Below, piece by piece: positions 24,394 to 34,737 of a DNA stretch of 64,000 nt. A program made the translations under genes and the position numbers. The DNA lies in the NCBI RefSeq assembly GCF_001194135.2, contig NC_068990.1:29591777-29655776 (forward strand), written 5' to 3'. This DNA is from Octopus bimaculoides (Eukaryota). Below the pieces are notes generated by a model that was not told where the DNA came from, made no database searches, and was given only the letters and a program-made list of their open reading frames with translations. Positions within the stretch are counted from its first letter, which is position 1. Every line of letters begins with the position of its first letter.

Positions 24394-25124
24394 GTATTTC
24401 ATTTGTTTTTATTTTTTCTTGTGGTTTTCATCGTCGTCATCATCATCGTTTAACAATTGTTTTCCATACTGGCATGGATGGTTTGACTGAGGCTGCACCA
24501 GGCTCCAATCTGATCTGGTAAGGTTTCTACAGCTGGATGCCCTTCCTAACGCCAACCATTCCGAGAGTGTAGTGGGTACTTTTTACATGCCACCAGCACT
24601 GGGGCCAGTCAGGTGGCTCTGGCATCGACCACACTCAAATGGTTTTTTTTATGTGCCACTAGCACGGGAGAGAGTCAGGCGGCACTGGCATCTTGTTTTA
24701 TATTACAATTGAGGAAAGAATGACATTGTTGCTTGCAGGTATCCAATGTGTCAAGCACTGGCTCATTACATGTCTTGCAGCAAGAGTGAGAACAAAGGAT
24801 TATCCATAACTCATTGTCGTCGTTGTCGTTTAACATCCACTTTTCCATGTGCGCATGGGTCAGAAGAATTTTCTACCTGTTCCAGTGCCGCATAAAAAGT
24901 ATCTGTACCGATGCCACGGTAAAAGCTCCTCTGCTGGTGTTATGTCAAAATCACTGGTACTGGTGCCATACAAAAAGCATCCAGTGCACTCTGTAAAGTG
25001 GTGGGCATTTTCTGCCAAAATGGAACCTGGTCTGACTCTCAGCCTTGCCAACTCCTGTCAAACTGTCCAACCCATGCCAGCAGTGAAAACAGAGCTTAAA
25101 TGATGATTATGATGATAGGGCAAG

Positions 25125-25689
25125 TTTTAGCCATTTCTCCACTGAAAAAAATGATGAACAACCTTAATTGATTTTCGAACCTTATTGGGTTCTCATCAGA
25201 GGCGTCTACATCATTCTGACAGTCTCCAGAGAAACAAGCAGCCAAACTGTTTATATACTCAACAAATGCAGCAGTTTCTCTATGAAGGAGTCCCTAATTT
25301 GCATACCGAAAGTGTTTAACACTCTATAAACACCAGGGGCTTGTCAACAGGGATCTTTGTCCACACAGTATCAACATATGATATAATAAATATGTAACAT
25401 ATGGTATAATTCATCATTTTTTCAGTCTGCATATAAATTATATCATACCTTGATACTGTGTGGATTAAGATCCCTGTTGACAGGCCACTGGTATTTATAG
25501 AGTTTTAAACACTTTCAGTATGCAAATTAGGGACTCCTTCATAGAGAAACTGCTGCATTTGTTGAGTATATAAACAGTTTGGCTGATTGTTTCTCTGGAG
25601 ACTGTCAGAATGATGTAGATGCCTCTGATGAGAACCCAATAAGGTTTGAAAATTAATTTTTTTAGTCTGCAGAGAAATGGCTAAAATTT
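25125..25689. repeat. Long fold-back of two family B units
   Basis: Arms 25125-25374 and 25450-25686 are near-perfect reverse complements with a 75-nt spacer. Confidence 0.92.
25157..25206 (-). ncRNA. Predicted minimal type-I hammerhead ribozyme (family B), core intact
   Basis: GACGCCU-CUGAUGA-GAACC(caauaa)GGUUC-GAA-AAUCAAUU-A-AGGUUGUU: all conserved core nucleotides are present, stem II is perfect, and the cleavage triplet is UUA. Confidence 0.7.
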
Positions 25690-26556
25690 TCCATGTTTAT
25701 AATTATACCATATGTTACATATAGGATAGACTTTTTTTATAATGTTACATATAGGATAGACTTCTTTGGTTTCCAGTTACCAATTTCATTCATAAGGCTA
25801 ATGTTGTCATGAGGCTTTTGTAGAAGACACTTGCCCATCCTGCTAGAAATAACAGCTAAATCTCATGCACATCTCACTCTACAGTCTTTATATATTAAAA
25901 CTTGAAGGTTTTAATATATAAAACCTTCAAGCAGTTTTATATATTAATCTATTTTTTTGTTAAGGAAGGTCATGTCTGGAAGTATTTTCTGCTGAGATAT
26001 GTCAAGTTTATGAAAGCAGCGTGGCTTGCAGAAAATGCCAGTTCTTTTATCTTTTTACTTGGGTCATTAGATTGTGGCAATTGTGGCCATGCTGGGGCAC
26101 TGCATTGAAGAATTTTACTCGAATGAATTGACCCTAGTGCTTTTCTTTATTTTTAAACCTCATACTTATTCTGTTTGTCTCATTTGCTGAACATCTAAGT
26201 TACAAGGATGTAAACACACCAACACTGGTTGTAAAGCAGTGTCATGGGCGACAAACATACATGCATATATGACAGGCTATTAAATCCACTCATAAGGCTT
26301 TGGTCAACTTGAAGCTATTGTAGAAGACACCTGCTCAAGGTGCTGCCATGCAGTGAGACTGAACCCAGGACCATGTGATTGGGAAACGAACTTCTTACCA
26401 CACAGCCATGCTTGCACAAATAGATATTTAACATCGTAACTGGAATAATGAAGAAATTTAATTTCTCTGTTGAAGGCTGAAGCAGAAATAGGTTATGTTT
26501 ACGTTGATGTTAACCATTTTGTCATTAAAGTCTCAAAATGTTTTCCTATTCCACAG

Positions 26557-26696
26557 ACATATTTGCTGCCGTGCCAACAAATGTCCAGTGTGGAATGTTG
26601 CTGTGTATGGCAAAGAAAATCAGTGATATTCTTGAGCAATGCCGACTTCTACTTTTGGCCATGAGGAAATTCCCAAATCTGGTTACGGAACAAGGA
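26557..26696 (+). CDS. INTS10: INTS10 exon 4
   Basis: ccacag|AC.. (D)IFAAVPTNVQCGMLLCMAKKISDILEQCRLLLLAMRKFPNLVTEQG|gtatgt. Phase-consistent; matches VQCEMLL..LLLLRRFPETVVQHG. Confidence 0.93.
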
Positions 26697-27984
26697 GTAT
26701 GTATCTAGATTTTGTTGTCTTGTTTTACTGATGAGAGTGCACCTGTGCACCTATGTGTGTGGGGGGTTAAGATATTTGTAATACATAATGAATGTGTTTT
26801 AGTGGTGTGATTACAAAAATTTCATTACCATTCTTGTTGCATGGTAGAGGCACATGGCTTAGTGGTTAGTGTGTTGCACTCCTAATTATAAGATTGTAGT
26901 TTCAGTTCCTAGATGTGGCAGTGCATTGTGTTCTTGAGAAAAACACTTGATTTCACATTGCTCCAGTTCACTCAGCTGGCATAAAGGAGTAACCCTGCGA
27001 CAGACTGGCGTCCCATCCGGGCAGGAGTATATATATATAATAACAGCTACTTTACAGACTGTTATTGGTTTCTTTTTATGTGCCACTGTGCCTCATGTAA
27101 GGTCACCAAGTAACTGGCAAAACGACACCCTTCAGCTGAGGGAGGTGGCTTAATGCCAGATGATGAAAGATTAAAGTATGATATAGAGACATTGAAACAG
27201 ACATTTTGCTGCAGAAGAAATGTATTTTTACCTAATCCTCTTTTCTCACAACTGAAATCTCTTTTCCTCTGTTTTCCAACACATCAAGGCTATACAAAGA
27301 ATATGTTTACATTTTTTATTTCACTGACAGTGAGGCTTTGTACTACTTAGATTTATTCCATTTCTACTAATGATGATGATGAAATCTAATTAGAATTTAT
27401 GTTTTACCTGTTATCCATTAAAAAGAATTCCCTATTATAAGATTTATATTCTTGCCACATAGAAAGCACCCATGCCAGTGCTACATGGCACCCATGCTGG
27501 AGTCACATAAGAAGCAACTGTGCCAGGGCTACATAAGAAGCACCTGACTTAGGTGTCACCTGTATTGATGCCAAGTAGAGAGCACCCATTATACTCTGTA
27601 AAGTGGTTGGTGTTGGAAAGGGCCAAATCAGACGAGTGGAGGCTTGGTGCAGCCCTCTGGTATGCCAGCTCCTATGAAACCATCTAACCCATGCCAGCAA
27701 GAGAAACAGATGTTAAATGATGATGATGATGATGATCACTATAAGTATATCACTGAAATTGCCAATTGTGAGTCCCACATAAATACAAGGACTTAGAATT
27801 ATCCAACAGGATTACTTCAGTCTCTCAACAACTGACATCAAACCACTGCTCCTCCTCTCAAATATTCCCTTCATTTAGTTGAGGTGGGAGTGGCTTTTTC
27901 CTCTTCCCTGTTCTGTTTTTTCTTTGTCTTGCAAGTTACTTGATGACCTCACTGGACAGGTAGCATAAAGAAGGTACCCAGTAT

Positions 27985-28400
27985 GGCTATGCTCGAATAG
28001 TGCTTTCTACATGCCACCAGTACAGGAGCCAGTCAAGCAGTACTGGCACCAACCATGCTTGAATGATGCTTTTTACATGCCACCAGCACGGGAGCCAGTC
28101 AGCCGGCACTGGCTTCAACCGTGCTTGAACGGTACTTTTTACGTACCACTGGCATGGGACCAGTCAGCCAACACAGGCAACGACCACGCTCAAATGGTGC
28201 GTTTTATGTGCCACCGGCATGGGAGCCAGTCAGCCAGAACTGGCAATAATCATGCTTGAATGGTGCGTTTTACATGCCACCAGCATGGGAGCCAGTCAGG
28301 CAGCACTGGCTTCAACCACACTTGAACGGTACATTTTTATGTGCCACCAGCATGGGAGCCAGTCAGCCAGAACTGGCAACAATCATACTCAAATGGTGCT
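27985..28400 (-). repeat. Tandem array of about 62-nt family A internal units (6-7 copies)
   Basis: The repeating unit is tgccacc(a/g)gca..ggagccagtcag..ctggc..aac.a.gct.gaa.ggtgc.tttt. Confidence 0.85.
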
Positions 28401-28586
28401 TTTTACTTGCTACCTTATATAATAAGGTGTTTGATGGCCATCAAGGAGTTTAGGAACGAAGTAGTTGAAGGGTATTTATTGGTGTCATTTGCACCTTTGG
28501 GGTGACATTTTAACTTCTGTCCTCAGAAATTGAAACTTCTGTCTTGTTTTTTCTTTTCTTTTTTTTTGGTTTCTTTTACTCTGCAG

Positions 28587-28668
28587 TTGACATTAATAGA
28601 AACTTTGATCTTGTCAGAATCAATCACAAACGTACCCTCACCTGTTAATTGTTACAGGAAATTGTTAG
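28587..28668 (+). CDS. INTS10: INTS10 exon 5
   Basis: ctgcag| LTLIETLILSESITNVPSPVNCYRKLL G|gtaagt. Matches the SPVNCFRKLF motif. Confidence 0.94.
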
Positions 28669-28740
28669 GTAAGTCAAACTTCTTAATTATTGTCAGTGTT
28701 GTTGTTGTTATTGTTATTATTGTTGTTGTTGTTGTTGTTG

Positions 28741-28771
<31 letters not shown>

Positions 28772-29415
28772 CAGACTGGAGCCTGGTGTTGCCATCCGGT
28801 TTCACCAGTCCTCAGTCAAATCGTCCAACCCATGCTAGCATGGAAAGCGGACGTTAAACGATGATGATGATGATGATTATTATTATTATTATTATTATTA
28901 TTACATAAAGTGACAAGCTAGCAGAATCTTTAGCATGCTGGGCAAGATGCTTAATGGCATTTCATCCATTAATCACTCCTTCTTGTTAAAGGTCTTATCT
29001 TTTGTATCTGATATTTTCTTCACTTGAGAACGCGTTACAAAAGGGTTCTGAGTTCAAATGCTGCTGAAGTCGACTTTGTTACAATAGGGTTTAAAAACAG
29101 CTGAGCCAATGAGAGAGTCATTACCTGGTCACTTCTCTTGCTAGAAATAACAACCAAGTATCCTTCAAATCATACACTGTTATCATTTTCATCATTTCAC
29201 ATCCATCTTCCATGCTGGCATGGGTTGGACAGTTCGACGGGAACTGGCAAGCCAGAGGACTGCACCAAGCTCCACTGTCTGTTTCGGCATGATTTCTATG
29301 GCTGGATGCCCTTCCTAATGCCAACCACTTTACAAAGTGTACTGAATGCATTTTATGTGGCACCAGCTCTGACAAGGTCTGTTATGATATGGCTTTTCGA
29401 AACAAAGATACATTA

Positions 29416-29857
29416 CATTATTTACATTTGACGGGTATTTGTCCTCATCTTGTTTGTTGTTTAACATAACATTTCGGCTGATATTCCTTCCAGCCTTCAT
29501 CAGGTATCTTGGGGAAATTTCGAATCTGGGTTCTCATTTCAAAGGTATTTTTTGATGTTATTATTACTATTATTATTATTATCATTCAGGTCAGTGTCTG
29601 GAATCAAACTTGGCATATGGTGTAGTGGTTAAGAGCGCGGGCTACTAACCCCAAGATTCCAAGTTCGATTCCAGGCAGTGACCTGAATAATAATAATAAT
29701 AATAATGATAATAATAACATCGAAAAAGCCTTAGGAATGAGAACCCAGGTTCGAAATTTCCCCAAGACACCTGATGAAGGCTGGAGGGTGTATCAGCCAA
29801 AACATTGTGTTAACAATAAACAAGATGAGGACATATATCAGTCAAATGTAAATAATG
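29416..29857. mobile_element. Family H head-to-head inverted dimer
   Basis: A minus copy truncated at the B-box (29416-29611) is fused directly to a full plus copy (29612-29857). Confidence 0.9.
29766..29811 (+). ncRNA. Family H hammerhead, predicted inactive (GAAA to AAAA)
   Basis: Same stems as 23407-23452, but G12 is replaced by A. Confidence 0.6.
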
Positions 29858-30214
29858 AACAGACCAATGATCTAAAGCATTCCAAATGTGACCATCAAAT
29901 GTAAATAATCTGCATAATTTCTCATCTCTTAGATATAGAACTATAAAGATAAATTAGTCTGAATCTTTTGAAGAATTAGTGAAGAAATCTCAGACATGGA
30001 AGTAACTCCTAGAATTGGAAGGTCTTTAAGTGAAGGTAGCAGAAACTAAAGTTTTAGTAAAACCAAAGCCAGGATTTTATGTTGTGAAGTCATTATATCC
30101 AGCATAATGTAAAGAAGCTGGAGTTCCATAAAGTATCTCCAATATAAACCATGATGAAGGGTAGAGAAGAAGAGGTGGAGTGGCTTTGTAGGTTGGCTGG
30201 CAGAGAAGGGCTTC

Positions 30215-30545
30215 TTGTGGGCTAATGGTTAGGGTACTCGGCTCATGATAGTCAAGTCATAAGTTTGATTCCCAGCAGTACATTGTATCCTTCAGCAAGA
30301 TACTTTATTTCATGTTGCTGCAGTCCACTCAGTTGGGAAAAAAATGAGTTGTACCTGTAATTCAAAAGAACCTAGCCCTTGTTGTATTCTGTGTCATGCT
30401 GAATCTCCCCCAGGACTATGTTAAGAGTATGTATGTTTGTGGAGTGCTCAGCCACTTGCAAATTGATTTCATGAGCTGACCAGCTTATCGGTTTCACTGA
30501 TTGGATCAACTGTAACACTTGTCACCGTAACCAACAAAGTGCCAG
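30215..30545 (+). mobile_element. tRNA-derived SINE family T3 (representative)
   Basis: A/B-box head plus core (g)tccttgagcaaga.actttatttca.gttgct. Related copies at 8140-8450 (-), 26845-27030 and 43790-44115. Confidence 0.8.
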
Positions 30546-30740
30546 TTATGAAGAATGGTTAGCAAAAACACTGCCATCATCGTTTGAACACTTCCATGCA
30601 TGATGTTTTCAATACCAACAATATTTTATTTCTGGTTCTTTCTTTGATTTTGTTATTCATTTATCCATCCTTGTCTCTATAAAAACTAATAACGATGCAA
30701 CATGTTTGAGTTATTTTCCCTTTTCTTTTCTTCATTTCAG

Positions 30741-30896
30741 TATGTGATGTGTTGCCATTGGTTCTTCAGAAATGTCGGGTGTCTTTTACGTCAGCAGACC
30801 TCTACACATGGATGCAAAAAGCAATACAATTTTATATTTCATACGTCACACAACCACCAAGCCCTTTAGAATGTAGTACGGCTCCATCCTCATCAG
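30741..30896 (+). CDS. INTS10: INTS10 exon 6
   Basis: tttcag| (V)CDVLPLVLQKCRVSFTSADLYTWMQKAIQFYISYVTQPPSPLECSTAPSSS G|gtgaga. Matches VCDVLPL..KAAEFYINYVT. Confidence 0.94.
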
Positions 30897-31389
30897 GTGA
30901 GAAGTAATTTTTCTCTTTTAATTTCATGGCAATGGATTGACAGACTTGGTAGAGCATCAGAGAAAATGCCCAGCAGCATTTGTTTCAGCTCTTTACATTC
31001 ATCATCATTTAACGCTCGTTTTCCATGCTGGTGTGGGTTGGATGGTTGGACAGGAGTCACACCAGGTTTCATAGTCTGGTTTGACTTGGTTTCTTCAGCT
31101 GGATGCCCTTCCTAACGCCAACCATTTTACAGAGTAGACTGGACTGAGTATATTTTATTGTGTTATTAGGAATTTGGTTGACAGGACCAAACTAGCTTCT
31201 CTTCACTCTATCACTTGACAATCATCCGAATTGCTGCCCGTCTTGATGAGTTACCTCCCCTGTAGTTCATGGAGTTTTCATTCCTCTCCGTACTTCATCA
31301 TTGTCTTCTCCTTCTCTTCTTTCTCCTGCTTCTGCCCATCGTAGGTCAACAACACGTTGCGTGTTCTTGTTCAGTAACCATCTCTAGCA

Positions 31390-31860
31390 GGTTCGCATGT
31401 GGGCTACATGGCCTGCTCCTGATCTGCTGCAAGTGAAACTACTTGACACAATGGAGAAGTGCCGACTCTCATGTGCCCTTTCATATCTTCTCTGTTGTTT
31501 CTCCTAAATGGCTGGAATTATGAGCTTCAATGATCGGTGCCATTCATCCTGCCACAGGGCCTTCTCCTCCTCCCAGGTGTCAGGGGAGATGCTGGAGTTC
31601 TTCGTATATCTATTCAGTACATCACTGCATCACAACATCTGGCCACCACAGCTCCACCTGCTCTGATCCAGTTCAGCATAGGACGCTGCCTTTGGGAGCC
31701 TGCTGCTCTCCATCCTGCAAACAGATGCTTATTGACTTACTGCTGCTCTTCTTGGCGACTCACAGACAACACAACCCCTCTCCATGTAGATTCTTCTTCA
31801 GAGTTACTGCTCCCCTGGATGGGTTGCTATCACTGCAGCTTGCAGAGCTCACCTTTCCTC
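31390..31860 (-). mobile_element. Decayed RTE-type LINE 3' fragment in an INTS10 intron
   Basis: Minus frame reads VCRMESSRLPKAASYAEL..GGQ..ISPDTWEE..FTC..AHMRTC, typical of an RTE C-terminus. Confidence 0.7.
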
Positions 31861-32750
31861 TATGACTATGAAGATTAAGATGTGGTGTGAAAGTACTCAG
31901 TACATGCGGGAGAATTTATATCTTTTATCTTTTACTTGTCTCGATCATTATGCTGGGGCAACACCCTGAAGAATTCTAGTTGAACAAAACGACTCCAGCA
32001 CTTATTTCTTTGCAAGCCTGGTACTTATTCTAACAGTCTCTTCTACTGAACTGCTAAGTTATGAGGATGTAAACACACCAACCCTGGTTATCAAGAATGG
32101 CAGGGGACAAATATAGTCACACAGGCATTCTCACACACACACACACACACACACATTCTGGGCTTCTTTTAGTTTCCATCCACCAGATCCATTCACAAAG
32201 CTTTTGTTGGCCCAAAGCTATAGTAGAAGACACCCAAGATGCCATGTAGTGGGACTGAACCCAGAACAATATGGCTGGGAAGCAAACTTCTTACCACACA
32301 GCCATATTTATAATGTGACCATGCCGGCCTAGTGGTCATGGTGTTGTAGTCATGAGATAGGAAGGTCATGGTTTCTATTCCCAGACCAGCTGTACATTGT
32401 ATTCTTGAGCAAGATCTTCATTTTATGTTGCTTCTATCCACTAAGCTTTAAATATGTAACCCTGCAATGGACTCATGTCCCATTCAGAATAAAGATATTG
32501 TGATCTCGGTCCCTTCGCCACTTTGGAAACCCAGTAACCAGTTCTGTGTATCCTAGGACTTGAAGAGATATTTGTATGCTACCATTACTCTTCTCACCAA
32601 GTTGTCAGAACCCAATACAGTGGTTATCAGACTTGTTAATATCCTGGCCAGATCCAAAACCTGGATTTTTTTAGGGGGCTGCATTAAAAAAAGTAAAACA
32701 CTAGTAAGTAAAGAAAAATTTATAGTAAAGATTGTTTGCCAACATAACAT

Positions 32751-33091
32751 GGCAGTCCTAGTTTAGGACGAATGTTGCTGTAATTTAACCCCAGGAGACA
32801 TCATCTCTAGCTAGCTATACGACACAATCTGTGTCCTTATATTTTCAAACAAAGAAATCTAGCACCCCCTACTCAGCTCAAAACAATATCTGTGTATCGT
32901 GATTTCCGGGTTGTATCCCTTCATCAGCGCAGAATAATTGTTCAGCTGGAGGTGGTGCTGTCTAATTCCCGTTTGAAATATATAGTTTTCAAAGTGACAA
33001 TATAAGGACACAGATCGTGTAGTATAGACAGTTGGAGACGATGTCTCCTGGGGCTAAATTACAGCAACATTAGTCCTAAACCACGACTGCC
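32751..33091. repeat. Fold-back element (family C), about 93-bp arms around a hammerhead-containing spacer
   Basis: 32751-32843 is the reverse complement of 32999-33091 at high identity. Confidence 0.88.
32889..32933 (-). ncRNA. Predicted hammerhead-like motif (family C)
   Basis: UCUGCG-CUGAUGA-A-GGG(auacaa)CCC-G-GAA-AUCACGAU-A-CACAGA: stem I has 5/6 bp, stem III is near-palindromic, and there is one extra G before GAA. Confidence 0.5.
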
Positions 33092-33342
33092 TATCTCTCA
33101 TTGTGAGATTTAAAAATAGTAATTTTCTAAAGAAAAATTTGTTATATTTATTGTGGGAAGACCATCAGGGGCTGCCAGAAGGATGATTGTGGGCTGCTCG
33201 AGGGCCTGGGAGCCGTGGTTGAGAACTGCTAGCCCAACATATAGCATTTTATTCTTTCTGTAAAACATTATAAAAATGCTGTCACTCCTCGTAGAGATTT
33301 GAAGGGTTTTTTGTCTTATGCAGTTTTTATTTCCTTTTCTAG

Positions 33343-33511
33343 ATATTTTGTCACCAACCAAGCAGTCTATGAAGAAATATCCATTAATTGTTGGTTTACA
33401 AGAAAAAGAAAGTCAGGTTTCTGATCCGTGGGGAAGTCTCTTCAAACTGATCCAGCAAATATCAGTTTTACTCAAATGGGATATTGATCCAGATTTTTTT
33501 TCTAAACCCAG
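33343..33511 (+). CDS. INTS10: INTS10 exon 7
   Basis: ttctag| (D)ILSPTKQSMKKYPLIVGLQEKESQVSDPWGSLFKLIQQISVLLKWDIDPDFFSKP AG|gttagt. Matches GLTEKSSQIVDPWERLFK. Confidence 0.93.
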
Positions 33512-33756
33512 GTTAGTATAGACATCATCATCATCATCATCATCTTCATTGTATTGTTTGCTTTTCCAGGCTTGCATGGGTTGGACAGAGTTTATTGAGG
33601 CAGGTTTTCCCCAAGCTGGATGCCCTTCCTCTCACTGATCCTCACCTNNNNNNNNNNCCCCAGCTGGAAATTGCTTTTGCAGAATATTGCAAAGGATAAG
33701 AGCATGACTCTCATTTACAACTACCATGCACTGTCAAAATAAGGAGACACAAACAT

Positions 33757-33793
<37 letters not shown>

Positions 33794-34579
33794 TACATGT
33801 GTGTGTGTGTGATGGGATTCTTTCAGGTTCTGTCTACCAAATCCACTCATATGGCTTTGGTAAGTCCAGGGCAATAATAGTAGAAGACATTTGCCTCAGG
33901 TCCCATAGTGTAGGACTGAACTGAAAACCATGTGGTTGAGAAGCCAACTTTTTACCATACAGCCACACTTTTACCTTTTGAAAATTTGAACAAAAATGAT
34001 TTTTGGTTCAATTTTTCAGTTGAACGAATGAAAGTGTTAATAAAGAATTATCCAAAATTCTAACAGCCTCCTTTTTCATAATATATATGTGTGTGTATGT
34101 GAGCATATGTGTGTGTGTGTGTGTTTGTATGTGTGAGTCTGTGTGTGTGTGTGTTTGTGTCTGTGTTTGTCCCCTGCCACTACTGCTTGCCAGCTGGTGT
34201 CGGTGTCTCCATAACTTACTGCTTCAGCAAAAGAGACCGATAACCATAAGTACCAGACTTAGAAAATGGTAAATTCTGGGATTGTTTCATTTGTCAGAAA
34301 TTCCTTCACAGCAGTGCTCCAGCATGGCCACATGGCTGCAACAAGTAAGAAATAAAAAAAAAAAGATATATAATTTTTCATTTGCTTTCATAAATTTGAA
34401 TTTCCCATCTCCATTCATTCCTGATACAATCACAACAAACTGGACAAAAAACAGTTGCATCTAATTATTCTTTGGACAACATATGAAACGATTGTAGAGA
34501 AACATAAATTAATGCTTTTCCATAAAGAATTTTGTGATTGCTAATTTTTCTTGTATTTCTGTCTCGCTTTCACTCTCAG

Positions 34580-34737
34580 AGACTACCAATGGCAGCAGAT
34601 ATTGATTTTACACTCAAGAGCAGGACAAACCAATCAAGAAAGCAGCTATCACCAGATATTATATATGACTGCAGTTGTGTTCCTTAATTGCCTCTACTCC
34701 TATATCAGTTGTGTTGATGCAGAGATTTTTGTGTCAG
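34580..34737 (+). CDS. INTS10: INTS10 exon 8
   Basis: tctcag|A (R)DYQWQQILILHSRAGQTNQESSYHQILYMTAVVFLNCLYSYISCVDAEIFVS G|gtaaat. Phases fit both neighbours; weaker similarity (QVVYSTMLVFF). Confidence 0.85.

Noticed and set aside
27985-28400. CRISPR-like regular repeat array
   Set aside because: The whole ~62-nt unit is repeated with no unique spacers, it is the internal module of a SINE, the context is eukaryotic, and there are no cas genes.
29612-29685. Functional tRNA gene
   Set aside because: A/B boxes are present, but the acceptor and anticodon stems are poorly paired, there is no oligo-T terminator, and it is always fused to the same tail. It is a SINE head.
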